This document shows, in pieces, positions 20,538-30,664 of a stretch of 64,000 nucleotides of DNA. The translations under genes and the position numbers were made by a program. Under the pieces are notes generated by a model. The model had not been told where the DNA came from. It saw nothing but the letters and a program-made list of their open reading frames with translations, and did no database searches. The DNA is from a virus (lineage: Duplodnaviria > Caudoviricetes): IMG/VR virus record IMGVR_UViG_3300028888_000001; one strand, written 5' to 3'. Within the stretch, counting starts at the first letter, position 1; the number at the start of each line of letters is the position of its first letter.

Positions 20538-22415
20538 ATGTCAGTTAAATTTTCTGATAAAGAAAAAGAAGTATTTCGTAATATAATCAGTGGTGTGGAA
20601 AGTGGTGGGATGGAATATGCCGGAGGAGACTACGCTGCATTTGCTGAAGCTTATGAGAATTCATCTACTGAGTATGCTATCACTTTAGGTAAATGGCAAG
20701 CATATGGGCCAGAAGCGCATGAACTTGTAGAGCGCATACAGAAAAAATATCCTTCTGTATTTAAGAAACTAGATACCGCTGGTATTGCAGAAGATTTAGC
20801 AGCATCAGATTGGTCTTATTATCAAATTTCTCGCAATTCAGATAAAGCTAAATGTATTATCAAGATTATTTCATCCACTCAAGGGAAGCAATGTCAAGAA
20901 GAACAGTTTGACGAAACTGTACAGAAGCTTCATGATTATGTATATTCTCTTGGAATTACAGATCATCAAGCTATAGCAATGGCATCTAATTGGTCGTATC
21001 AGGGAGGTCCCGCCAGTGTGACCCGCATATTGAAGAAGACTAATAAACCATATAACTTAGATAATCTATATGCTGCGTGCCAAACAGATACTGATCCATC
21101 TTACGTTGGATATTATAAAAATAGGCAGCGTTGTGTTTATACTTGGATCAAGCAGTATTGGCCTAAATCAACTACTAATACTGTAGAAGAATCTTCTGCA
21201 TCTTTAAACAATAATGCCACAGGAGGTAAAAATATGGCAAAAACTTATCCGGCTGGATATTTATCAAATTCCGGTCATGATGAAAATTATAGCTATGCTA
21301 ATGGACAAGCTGGAGATAACACTGAAACAGAATGGGAACTTCGTACTTGGTACTCATATCCTTGGGATTGTATCTTAAGACATCCTAATGCTGAAGTTCG
21401 CCAGCTCATAGCAGAGCTTGGTATAGAAGCCGCATTGAATAATAAAATTGGTTATGACCAATATGAGAGAACTACATTTTGGTATCAGCTTGCAAAGTCA
21501 GGCTATCATCCAAAAAATATTACTGTAGCATGTGAAGCAGATTGCTCTGCTGGTGTTGCTGCTATATGTAAAGCTGTTGGTTATTTAGTTGGCGATTCAA
21601 AAATGGCTGGAATTTCACCTGAAAATTGGACTGGATCAATGAAAGCAGCTTTTAGATCTGCTGGATTTGAAGTGCTAACTGCTAGCAAATATCTTACCTC
21701 AAGTGATTATATTTTAGCTGGCGATATTCTTTTGAATGAAACTCACCACACTTGTATTTGCATATCATCTGGGGCTAAATCCGGTGAAGATCAAACTACA
21801 TATGATGGTTCATCTTCTAATAGCGGATCTACTAGTTCAGACGATGATTCTCTTAATACTACAGTGAAGTCTAAGCTATATGCTAATAAGAATAATGTAG
21901 CACTTAGAACTTGGGCAGGAGTAGAAAATTCCCAACTCAAAAGCTTTCCAACTGTAAATAGAAATCAAGAGCTTGGTTTATGCGATACTATTAAAGCAGA
22001 TGATGGCTCTACATGGTATTTTGTTAAGATTGAAGACAAATATGGATTTGTGGATTCTACTGACGTTAGTACTTCTAAAGTAAGTGGTTCTACAAATAAT
22101 GATAATATTAGCGATAGTGTAGTTGTAAATGGCGTTAAAATGACATTAAGCGATGGTTCTAGCTTTAATACCAAAAAGCGTAAATGGGTAGGAAGAGTAA
22201 ATGTAGATAAAGGCAAGACTCTTAAGCTACGTCAATGGCCAGCTGGACAACCATTGGTAACTCTGCCTAAAGTTAAACGCGGTACTAAAGTATATGTATA
22301 CGATGCTATGCTAGATGATGATGGAGATATTTGGCTATATATTAAAACAAAGAATCCAACTACTGGAGCTTGGACTTGGGCATTTGCATATGCCGCATAT
22401 ATTTCTAAGATTTGA
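20538..22415 (+). CDS. Multi-domain peptidoglycan hydrolase (lysozyme-like + NlpC/P60/CHAP-like + SH3-like)
   Basis: IISGVESGG N-domain; ADCSAGV..GDILLNETHHT cysteine-peptidase motif; two SH3b-like C-terminal domains (WYFVKIEDKYGFV; WLYIK..WAFAYAAYI). Confidence 0.75.
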   Translation: MSVKFSDKEKEVFRNIISGVESGGMEYAGGDYAAFAEAYENSSTEYAITLGKWQAYGPEAHELVERIQKKYPSVFKKLDTAGIAEDLAASDWSYYQISRNSDKAKCIIKIISSTQGKQCQEEQFDETVQKLHDYVYSLGITDHQAIAMASNWSYQGGPASVTRILKKTNKPYNLDNLYAACQTDTDPSYVGYYKNRQRCVYTWIKQYWPKSTTNTVEESSASLNNNATGGKNMAKTYPAGYLSNSGHDENYSYANGQAGDNTETEWELRTWYSYPWDCILRHPNAEVRQLIAELGIEAALNNKIGYDQYERTTFWYQLAKSGYHPKNITVACEADCSAGVAAICKAVGYLVGDSKMAGISPENWTGSMKAAFRSAGFEVLTASKYLTSSDYILAGDILLNETHHTCICISSGAKSGEDQTTYDGSSSNSGSTSSDDDSLNTTVKSKLYANKNNVALRTWAGVENSQLKSFPTVNRNQELGLCDTIKADDGSTWYFVKIEDKYGFVDSTDVSTSKVSGSTNNDNISDSVVVNGVKMTLSDGSSFNTKKRKWVGRVNVDKGKTLKLRQWPAGQPLVTLPKVKRGTKVYVYDAMLDDDGDIWLYIKTKNPTTGAWTWAFAYAAYISKI

Positions 22416-22423
22416 TAACATAA

Positions 22424-22455
22424 ATAACCAAGAGGGATTGCTCCCTCTTGGTTAT
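22424..22455. terminator. Bidirectional terminator (lysin / cassette C5)
   Basis: ATAACCAAGAGGGA-TTGC-TCCCTCTTGGTTAT (GCAA loop on the minus strand). Confidence 0.85.
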
Positions 22456-22456
22456 A

Positions 22457-24640
22457 TTATTCATCGATATTATCATCTATAATGTTATTTTGAGTTACTG
22501 TTAATTTTGATTGATTATCAATTAAATTAAAAGTGCCAGTTTTATTATAGTACTTAAATAAATTATTATTCAAACAAATATATTTTGCCGCATCACCAGT
22601 TTCGATTCCAGTATCAGTATAATAACCTACACCATCAAATATATTATTACTTATAATACATTTATTGCAATCTTGTATATTTATCGCTGGACCAGCAAAA
22701 TCACTAAATGAATTATTTTTTATTAAAACATTTGCCCCTCTAAATACATATATAGCAGATCTATTACCACTATGTAATGGATGATTATAATCATTCTGTA
22801 AATCTTTATCCCAATATGTATTAACATGAGCTATAACTATATTATCTTGAATAACACCATTGCAATGGAAAGTGTTTCCTTGAACGCAAGCTAATATATA
22901 GTTAATATTGTCTCTAAAAATAACGTTATTAGATAAGCAAAGATTTGCTGCAGCACCAATATAAAATCCTGCAAAACTACCGCCATCTACAACATTATTT
23001 CTTATAGAAATACCAACAATATTATGCCCAGCTCCATTATTTGTATCTATACACCATGGACCGTTTTCCATTAAATCTGTTATTGTATCTATATTGTCAT
23101 AATCTTTAAATAATGCGGATGTATGTGTTACATTGTTTTCTTCACACCAATGTGTGCCGCATGAATGGAATCTGCAGCTTTCAACTCTCCATCCTCTACT
23201 TGATACTGGAGGTGTACCGGCATAAGACGCTGGCCTGAATAAAACTCCTTTATTACAATTACTAAAACCGCATTCTTTTATTTCGCAATTCTTTCCAAAT
23301 GCAACTATTCCGATTATACAAAATCTTAAATAGCATCTTATTACTGTCGCATCAAGATGTGGAATTTCATCTGCATTTATAGCTGTAGATCTATGAAATT
23401 TAATACCTCTCGCTAACCAATCCGCTTGTATTGTTAAATCCTGAAAATGTGAACCACTGTCTTGTATCTCAAACATATAATATTTTGAAAAATCGCTAGA
23501 AGCCTTAATAGTTGGATTATGGCAAGAGAAACTAGTGCCTTGAAACGTCATATTAGTATATGTTCTTGGTACAACTATTGTATCTGAAATAGTGTATGTT
23601 TTATTCTTATTGAATGTTATTGTTCCATTAGCCCCAATATAATTAATGGATGCTTGTATCGCTTGATAATAATCCCCGTTATCAATTCCATCAATATATG
23701 CTAGCTCAGGATCTATTATGGCATTTAACCATGGTTTACCATTTACCATATTATCAAATACCATATTACATAAATAACAATAAACAGTATTTTCATCTAC
23801 TGATATAGCTGCATCATTGTGATGCTTTATTGTTATACTTAAATAACCATCACATTCTATTTTAATTAGCTTTCTAATTTTATGAGTATGAAAAACAGCA
23901 CCATCGTAACTCCAAATTATTGAAGCTGAACCATCTTCTTTATTAGTGTCATATATCCTAAGCACTGCCATCAAAGCATCTATTTCTTGTGTTTGAATAA
24001 TTAAATACATACCTTTGCTGACTTTAGGCATATTTGTATTGATCAACCTAATATTACTATTATTAATGGTTCCATTGTCTGCTCTTGAACCCAATTTAAA
24101 ATCATTTATAGCTTCCTTACCAGAATTTATAATTTTTTCTAAATTATTTTTATTGTCTTCACAATGCTCTCTAGCAATTTTATCTTTTGCAGTGAAATTA
24201 TTATATATTATATCATTTATAGTACTACTATTTAAATTAACTATATTTGGAAATACATAGCAATCATCTGGTTTGATCAGTTCTCCGGTTGTCTCATTAT
24301 ATGCATAACAAAAATTAATAAAATAAGCATTATTTGTTTGGATATCTACATTAGTATAATTTTTAACATTAGATGTTGTGCTACGTTCAATAATACGTTT
24401 AATAAATGTTTTATTTTCATCATATAACCCTATGCGATGTATAAAACTATTACCACCATTATTTATAAATCCCAATGTAATATATGAATACTTAGAAACA
24501 TCTATAAAATCGCTCACCCAGAATTTATTTGCTTTAACTACCTTGCCATAAGCATCAAGTTGAACATCGTATTGTACTTTATGTTTATTAAATAAATTAT
24601 TATTTTTATTTTCTGTTGAATATTTTAAATCGTTAGAAAG
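22457..24640 (-). CDS. Silent variable cassette C5 with right-handed beta-helix (pectate lyase-like depolymerase)
   Basis: ORF 22457..24517 extends 41 codons in frame to the core (LSNDLKYSTENKNNNLFNK...). DYYQAIQASINY..GTITF..TYTISDTI cap motif followed by IxNN beta-helix rungs. Confidence 0.8.
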   Translation of the reverse strand, partial: LSNDLKYSTENKNNNLFNKHKVQYDVQLDAYGKVVKANKFWVSDFIDVSKYSYITLGFINNGGNSFIHRIGLYDENKTFIKRIIERSTTSNVKNYTNVDIQTNNAYFINFCYAYNETTGELIKPDDCYVFPNIVNLNSSTINDIIYNNFTAKDKIAREHCEDNKNNLEKIINSGKEAINDFKLGSRADNGTINNSNIRLINTNMPKVSKGMYLIIQTQEIDALMAVLRIYDTNKEDGSASIIWSYDGAVFHTHKIRKLIKIECDGYLSITIKHHNDAAISVDENTVYCYLCNMVFDNMVNGKPWLNAIIDPELAYIDGIDNGDYYQAIQASINYIGANGTITFNKNKTYTISDTIVVPRTYTNMTFQGTSFSCHNPTIKASSDFSKYYMFEIQDSGSHFQDLTIQADWLARGIKFHRSTAINADEIPHLDATVIRCYLRFCIIGIVAFGKNCEIKECGFSNCNKGVLFRPASYAGTPPVSSRGWRVESCRFHSCGTHWCEENNVTHTSALFKDYDNIDTITDLMENGPWCIDTNNGAGHNIVGISIRNNVVDGGSFAGFYIGAAANLCLSNNVIFRDNINYILACVQGNTFHCNGVIQDNIVIAHVNTYWDKDLQNDYNHPLHSGNRSAIYVFRGANVLIKNNSFSDFAGPAINIQDCNKCIISNNIFDGVGYYTDTGIETGDAAKYICLNNNLFKYYNKTGTFNLIDNQSKLTVTQNNIIDDNIDE

Positions 24641-24714
24641 TGAATTAGGCTTACGCCTAATTCTATTATTTTTTGATTAATAATGTATTTTTCATTTGAT
24701 CTTTCTAACGATTT
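24627..24714. repeat. 88-bp spacer copy 2
   Basis: Same as 1117-1204 except two C>T changes. Confidence 0.97.
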
Positions 24715-26479
24715 AGATAATTCCATTGATAATGCAAATTATATTAACAATTTGTTAGGAATTCAACAAAATAGTTTAGCAATACCACCAACTTTAATTG
24801 AAGAAGATACAGCAAGCCAAAGAATTTCATCCAATGCAGATGCTCCATTTATATTAAATGAACCTATATATTCCATTAATAGCCTTATTATAGGTATTAT
24901 GATTAATGCCAAAACTATTGGCACATTAGATATTTATACAATTAAAAGGATAAATGCTATCGATGGCCAGCCTTTTAATTATAATGATTTTACATTAAAA
25001 GAAACCTTAAATGTTACTAATACTGGAGTTCAAATTATTAAATTTAAAAATCCATTTATTCTTCCAGATGATGAATATTTAGCAGTAGCTTCACCAAATA
25101 GCACATGTAGATTTTATTTTGGTACTGGTTACAATCAGAGTTTTTTATATAGATCACATAATACTGAAACTGATACGTATATTCATAAAAAATCATCGTA
25201 TATAAATATAGCGGTCATATATAAAGATATGTATTTAATAAATGATGATAGTATATTTAAAAAAGTAAGTTCAATTTTACAAATACTTAATTTACTTAAT
25301 ATTAATGAAACACTTATTTTAAATGGTCGTGTTAGTACAGCTAAAAATATTGCAAATATTAATAATGCTCCATATTTTTTACAAACAACTTTTAATTATG
25401 ATTATTATATTACAAAAATAAATTTTAAAACATCAACATCGGGTACTATATCATTTGGAGTTATTGATCCAAAAGATTTAACGAATAATAAACCAGAAAA
25501 TTTAAATATACAAAACATACAAACTACAACTGTATATTCTGAAGGTGAACATGATATTATTTTTGATGAGCCACTATTACTTAAAAAAGGATGGCGTCTA
25601 ATGTATTATTTACCATCAGATTCTGCTAAAATTATATATCACAGCGGAACTCCTGCAGATGTCGATCATGGATTTTTATTTTATAATGCTACCAGTAAAA
25701 CACTACAAACTGCTACTAGTTCGTTAAATTTGATATTATATGGCATAAAATCAACAAATGATGATACTACTGATAGTATTTATAAAGATAAAGCCATTAG
25801 TATACTTGGAGATTCAATTAGTACATTTTCAGGCTATATTCCTGAAGGGAATGCTGTATATTATCCAAGCGGAACAATTACATCTGTATCTGATACATGG
25901 TGGAAAAAATTAATAGATGCATTAGGGGCAAATCTTGAAATAAATAACTCATGGTCTGGATCTAGAGTAACTACAACTGCTGGTGAAACTTCTGCAGGAT
26001 GCATGGATAGGTGTGAAAATCTAGGCAATCCAGATGCTATTATAATATACATGGGTATTAACGATTTCAATAATGAAGTGCCGATTGGAGAGTATGATGG
26101 AACTAGTACTATTCCAGAAAGCACTATAACTTTCAGAGAAGCCTATGCAATAATGCTTAATAAAGTATTGACAAAATATCAATTTGCTGAAATTTGGGTT
26201 TGTACTTTGCCACAATGTGAAAGAAATAGTGAAACAGGATTCCCAGAAATTAATCAACAAAATTTACCTTTATATGAATATAACAAAGCTATAGTCGAAT
26301 TGGCTAATGCTTTTGGAGTAAAAATTTTAGACCATAATAAATGCGGTATGACGTATCAAAATATGCCGACATTTAATCCAGATAAATTACATCCTAATAA
26401 AAATGGACATTCGCTTATGGCAAATAATGCAATTAAACAAATGGACCCAAGTATTAAATTTAGGTACCCTATTAGTTAA
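24701..26479 (+). CDS. Silent variable cassette C6 with SGNH/GDSL hydrolase domain
   Basis: LSNDLDNSID at the core; ILGDSIS, NSWSGS, MGINDF, DKLHPN motifs. The annotated ATG at 24683 lies in the spacer and has no SD. Confidence 0.85.
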   Translation, partial: LSNDLDNSIDNANYINNLLGIQQNSLAIPPTLIEEDTASQRISSNADAPFILNEPIYSINSLIIGIMINAKTIGTLDIYTIKRINAIDGQPFNYNDFTLKETLNVTNTGVQIIKFKNPFILPDDEYLAVASPNSTCRFYFGTGYNQSFLYRSHNTETDTYIHKKSSYINIAVIYKDMYLINDDSIFKKVSSILQILNLLNINETLILNGRVSTAKNIANINNAPYFLQTTFNYDYYITKINFKTSTSGTISFGVIDPKDLTNNKPENLNIQNIQTTTVYSEGEHDIIFDEPLLLKKGWRLMYYLPSDSAKIIYHSGTPADVDHGFLFYNATSKTLQTATSSLNLILYGIKSTNDDTTDSIYKDKAISILGDSISTFSGYIPEGNAVYYPSGTITSVSDTWWKKLIDALGANLEINNSWSGSRVTTTAGETSAGCMDRCENLGNPDAIIIYMGINDFNNEVPIGEYDGTSTIPESTITFREAYAIMLNKVLTKYQFAEIWVCTLPQCERNSETGFPEINQQNLPLYEYNKAIVELANAFGVKILDHNKCGMTYQNMPTFNPDKLHPNKNGHSLMANNAIKQMDPSIKFRYPIS

Positions 26480-26552
26480 TTTTATATTTTAAAATTTAAT
26501 TCATTTGTATATTATATTAATAAGAATATGCTCTTAAGGAGGTTTCTTATTA

Positions 26553-27578
26553 ATGTATAATAATTTTAAAAATGATTTTATTTCAGATTTACAAACACTT
26601 AATTTAGAATTATCAAAAAGTCAAATGAATAAAATATTAGCGGTGCTTGACAGCACCGCTACTAATTATGACATTATCGATCGTGCCAGCGCAAATAGAT
26701 TACAGGTTACTAATGGAGTGCCGCAAAGTGTATATGATTACATACAATGTAAGAAAGCTGAAGGATTATCTAAAGATACATTATATGTATATAAAATAAT
26801 GCTAGAAATATTCTTTCGTACAGTACAAAAGCCTCCAGAATATATTGAGGCTACAGATATAATGAACTTTTTGAGGGAATATCAAAATAACAATAAAATA
26901 TCTAATAGAACGTTAGATAAGTATAGACAATATATTTGTTGTTATTTTGTGTTTATTTATGATTATGGATATATTTCTAGAAATCCATCTCGTCAAGTAA
27001 AAAAGATTAAATACGAAACCAAACCCCAACCAGTATTAACAGAATATGAGACTGAGCTCATTCGTGGGGCATGTAAATCTAAGAGAGAAACAGCAATAAT
27101 AGAATTCTTTCTTTCTACAGCATGCAGAGTTGGGGAATTAGTTAAAGTAAAAATATCTGATATTGACTGGGACCGAGATGAAGTCATGTTATTTGGTAAA
27201 GGATCTAAATATGGTGTGAGTTTTATAACGCCTAGATGTAGATATGCTATAGAAGAATATCTTAAACATAGAAAATTAATAGATCCAGACGAGCATTCAG
27301 ATTATTTATTTATTAGAGAAAGAAAGCCTTATACGTGTTTATCTACTAGAGGAGTTGAAGATATAATAGAACGTATAATGAGTAGAGTTAGTAATATTCC
27401 TAAAAGAGTAACACCTCATACTACAAGAAGAAGCAGTTCTACCAATGCATATCTTAATGGCATGAGTCTAGAAGACATTAGAGGATGGTTAAGGCATGCA
27501 GATATTAGAACTACGGAAATTTATGTAAGAAATTCTACTAACCATATACATGGTGAACATAAGCGATTTGTACATTAA
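26553..27578 (+). CDS. XerC/D-like tyrosine recombinase, candidate shufflon invertase
   Basis: AAGGAGG SD. Catalytic set R (STACRVGEL), K (GKGSK), HxxR (TPHTTR), H (LRHAD), Y (TTEIY); N-terminal core-binding domain. Confidence 0.92.
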   Translation: MYNNFKNDFISDLQTLNLELSKSQMNKILAVLDSTATNYDIIDRASANRLQVTNGVPQSVYDYIQCKKAEGLSKDTLYVYKIMLEIFFRTVQKPPEYIEATDIMNFLREYQNNNKISNRTLDKYRQYICCYFVFIYDYGYISRNPSRQVKKIKYETKPQPVLTEYETELIRGACKSKRETAIIEFFLSTACRVGELVKVKISDIDWDRDEVMLFGKGSKYGVSFITPRCRYAIEEYLKHRKLIDPDEHSDYLFIRERKPYTCLSTRGVEDIIERIMSRVSNIPKRVTPHTTRRSSSTNAYLNGMSLEDIRGWLRHADIRTTEIYVRNSTNHIHGEHKRFVH

Positions 27579-27595
27579 AAAATAAATATTCATAT

Positions 27596-27619
27596 AGAGG
27601 GCGGATTACTCCGCCCTCT
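27596..27619. terminator. Bidirectional terminator
   Basis: AGAGGGCGGA-TTAC-TCCGCCCTCT plus T-run. Confidence 0.85.
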
Positions 27620-27632
27620 TTTTATAGATATA

Positions 27633-28232
27633 TTATTTTTTACAATTAAGATTTTTATTTATCATAAATTTTTGAATGGCATCTTTTGTATGCTTATCAA
27701 GTTTAATGCATCTTTCATATGTAAACGCTGTTATATAAAGTTTATCAATAACAATCTTTACTTTTTCTGAATAATCGGATGAAAATGCTAAACATGAATT
27801 CCATTGATGATCATCTTCTACATAAGAACTCAAATAGCATTCTATATTACCTATGTCAGTTTTAATTAATATAACTCTTTGCCCTTTATTATATTCTGCC
27901 CAATATTCATTTGCACTGGTTTTATACCAATCTAAATTTCCTACCTCCGTATCAATACAAAGTTCTTGTAAGAAGCTTATAATCAGTGTTTCATTATTCG
28001 AAATTTCTAAATCGCATTCGAGTAATGTATCTATATTAATATTAAAATATCTAGCTAGTTTATAAACAAGTTCAACCGACATAGTTGACTTATCCGCTTT
28101 CTTTGAAAGACGACTAATATATCCAGTCGAAACTCCTATCGCCTTTTCAACATCGCCCACCAAAATTTTATTTTGTTTAATAAGAAAGTTTACATTTTTC
28201 ATAAATTGTTTAATATCATATGTTTTTTCCAT
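27633..28232 (-). CDS. Xre-family helix-turn-helix regulator
   Basis: VGDVEKAIGVSTGYISRL..SVELVYKLARYFNINIDTLL; GAGG SD. Confidence 0.8.
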   Translation of the reverse strand: MEKTYDIKQFMKNVNFLIKQNKILVGDVEKAIGVSTGYISRLSKKADKSTMSVELVYKLARYFNINIDTLLECDLEISNNETLIISFLQELCIDTEVGNLDWYKTSANEYWAEYNKGQRVILIKTDIGNIECYLSSYVEDDHQWNSCLAFSSDYSEKVKIVIDKLYITAFTYERCIKLDKHTKDAIQKFMINKNLNCKK

Positions 28233-28442
28233 AATTCGCCTCTTATTTTTATAATATAAAATCTTAATTACTTCTAAGTATATAATATATAATTGAAATA
28301 TTATTAATGGAAGGTGGATTGCTCCAGCTTCTTTTTTAATAAAAAATATTTTAACTATTTATATATTTTGTATCTGGAATTATATTTAAAATATCTCCAT
28401 TTTGTACTCGATGCTTTGTATTTATATATGTAACTTTAAATA

Positions 28443-28536
28443 CAGATATTGGAGCCATAGAAATCTATGTAAGAAATTCTATTAACCATATATACATATA
28501 TAGTGAATATAAACGATTTGTACATTAATAAATAAA
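28443..28536 (+). pseudogene. Degenerate duplicate of the recombinase 3' end
   Basis: Aligns with 27499-27586 (CAGATATT..GAAAT.TATGTAAGAAATTCTA.TAACCATATA..GTGAA.ATAA.CGATTTGTACATTAA). Confidence 0.8.
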
Positions 28537-28562
28537 AGTATATACTTTAAATAAAAATTCAA

Positions 28563-30590
28563 TTATGTTAAATTAACGTTATCAACTAATTCAAAAAATA
28601 TATCTCCCTCGCTAATATTTGGCAAAGTAAATTTTGATATCATAATTTTATTATTAGACGAAATCATGTATACTATATTATCAAAAACAGAAAATGAAGG
28701 ATAAGAAAACCCATCATACCCCTCTATAATTTTTAAACTATTCATTATATTAGCAGTATCAATCTTATAAATTTCAAAATTATTACGCGTATATGGATTT
28801 GAAAATAAATATAATTCATTATTTACCTCAAAAAATGCTGGCCTTGAACTACAATTTGGCACCATACAATATTCTTTTATATTAGCATTTAAATCTAATT
28901 TAACTAAAATTCCGGCGGTATTATTTGTATAGACAGTGTTGTTATTTATATCTTTATTAGGATGGGGCCTCGACATTGCATAAATATGGCTATCTTTATA
29001 CCATACAGCTAATTCATATATTGATATTTGTTTAAATGGATAAGCGAAGAAAATTTGCCAATTATAATGATCTGTAGTTTTAAATATAATAGCATTTTTA
29101 TAAGTACCAGAAGAGCAAACCCAGCCAATATAATAATTGCCATTTCCATCATTACCAATAGTGCAGTTAGCTTGAGCACTTGTATATGCACCGGATGAAA
29201 AACTTGTTTTATAATAATAATTTATCCATTCGTAATTTAACATAATTCCATTTACATAAACAGGGTTATAATTTTGGAATTGATTATTAATTATATTATA
29301 TTCACAATAAAATTGAGTATAAATATCGTTTATTTTAACAATATAAAGAATGTGTATAATATTATCAGTGAGGTACATTGTTGGGGAGCCAGCTCCACCT
29401 GTTTCTACTAATGATTCATTATAAATTTTGCCATTTTCTGCAACTATTTGCGTATCAATTTTTTCTTTTGTAAACGGATTAATTCTATCAAATAAAAGTT
29501 TAGCAGATGGATTGCTTGCAGAATCTCCTCCTGGTATAGTGGCATCATATTGTACGTATAAGGTGTATAATATACTATTAGTATAAATTATAGTACAATC
29601 ATGCACTCCATAAGTTGTTTGATTTATTCTAATAATTTCATTGCTCACATATTGTTTATACAAATTAGCGCCATTTTTTAAAGCTAATATTCTTCTACTC
29701 ATTATATTATTTTGTATCGCATATGATAAATTTAATGCTTGGTCTAATGGATATTCATCTATAATATCATTTTGCTTTTTATCAATATAATTAATAATAT
29801 AAGAATTAATATTATTTAATATAATAATTTTAACGTTAATTTCACCAGTAAAATCTGTAAATCTTAATCTATTGACTTTAGTTGTAACATGATATATTCC
29901 ATTTATATTGGTTTTATAAGCAACAATAGTTTGTGCATAATTATTATCTATTAATCTAAATTCAGATAAGGTGGCTATTTCTGTATCTACTTCTACAATA
30001 TAAACTGCACCTGCATCTAATATTTCGCTTCCCACAAAATTTATATTAAATGCAGAATTTGCAGTTTGTTCAATAATTTTATTAGAAGTATCCTCAAAAA
30101 CAAAATCATCTGCTAAATTATGGTTAAATATTTTTAGATTTGGCATTTGCAATATAAGTTGAAGTTTTGCTTCTGTTAAAGTCGCTGCATCTGTTTTAAT
30201 TAAATATTTTTCTGTATTTATATCCGCCCTATAATTGCAAAATATGAAAGCTGTATTTTCATTTTGTATTTCGATTAAAGCATTGGTTCTACTATGAGTA
30301 TATAAATAATTTTTATCAATATCCAACTCTATTGTTTCAAAGGCATCTGTATAAAATGTTTCTCCTTTAGAAGTATTAATAAAAATTACTGGAGAAAACC
30401 ACTTATCTGATTCAAAAAGTTTATTTGTGGATGGAGAAAAATATATATTTTGGTACTGCGCATAATATAACAAATTACCTGTTTGTATTTCATTTAATTT
30501 TATAGCCGCAGTATTAAAATTTAATCCAGAAGCTTCTTCAGATGCAATTCTAGTTTCTCCATATAGTTTATAATCAATATCGTTAGAAAG
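28563..30590 (-). CDS. Silent variable cassette C7, possible sialidase-like beta-propeller
   Basis: ORF 28563..30473 extends 39 codons in frame to the core (LSNDIDYKLYGETRIASEEASGLNFNT...). Asp-box-like KTTDHYNW, ELAV..IYAMSR and FSYPS motifs; fold call tentative. Confidence 0.75.
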   Translation of the reverse strand, partial: LSNDIDYKLYGETRIASEEASGLNFNTAAIKLNEIQTGNLLYYAQYQNIYFSPSTNKLFESDKWFSPVIFINTSKGETFYTDAFETIELDIDKNYLYTHSRTNALIEIQNENTAFIFCNYRADINTEKYLIKTDAATLTEAKLQLILQMPNLKIFNHNLADDFVFEDTSNKIIEQTANSAFNINFVGSEILDAGAVYIVEVDTEIATLSEFRLIDNNYAQTIVAYKTNINGIYHVTTKVNRLRFTDFTGEINVKIIILNNINSYIINYIDKKQNDIIDEYPLDQALNLSYAIQNNIMSRRILALKNGANLYKQYVSNEIIRINQTTYGVHDCTIIYTNSILYTLYVQYDATIPGGDSASNPSAKLLFDRINPFTKEKIDTQIVAENGKIYNESLVETGGAGSPTMYLTDNIIHILYIVKINDIYTQFYCEYNIINNQFQNYNPVYVNGIMLNYEWINYYYKTSFSSGAYTSAQANCTIGNDGNGNYYIGWVCSSGTYKNAIIFKTTDHYNWQIFFAYPFKQISIYELAVWYKDSHIYAMSRPHPNKDINNNTVYTNNTAGILVKLDLNANIKEYCMVPNCSSRPAFFEVNNELYLFSNPYTRNNFEIYKIDTANIMNSLKIIEGYDGFSYPSFSVFDNIVYMISSNNKIMISKFTLPNISEGDIFFELVDNVNLT

Positions 30591-30664
30591 ATCAAATGAA
30601 AAATACGTTATTAATCGAAAAATAATAGAATTAGGCGTAAGCCTAATTCACTTTCTAACGATTT
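30577..30664. repeat. 88-bp spacer copy 3, inverted relative to copies 1 and 2
   Basis: Reverse complement of 1117-1204 apart from one mismatch in the left core (ATATCGTTAGAAAG). Confidence 0.97.

Noticed and set aside
26553-27578. Recombinase as a prophage integrase marking an att boundary
   Set aside because: Both flanks are phage-like with the same terminator and promoter families and no host genes; not strictly excluded.
1117-30664. 88-bp repeats as a CRISPR array, REP elements or MITEs
   Set aside because: Copies are kb apart with no spacers or target-site duplications, and their termini are in frame with flanking ORFs and match a site inside a gene; recombination sites explain this better.
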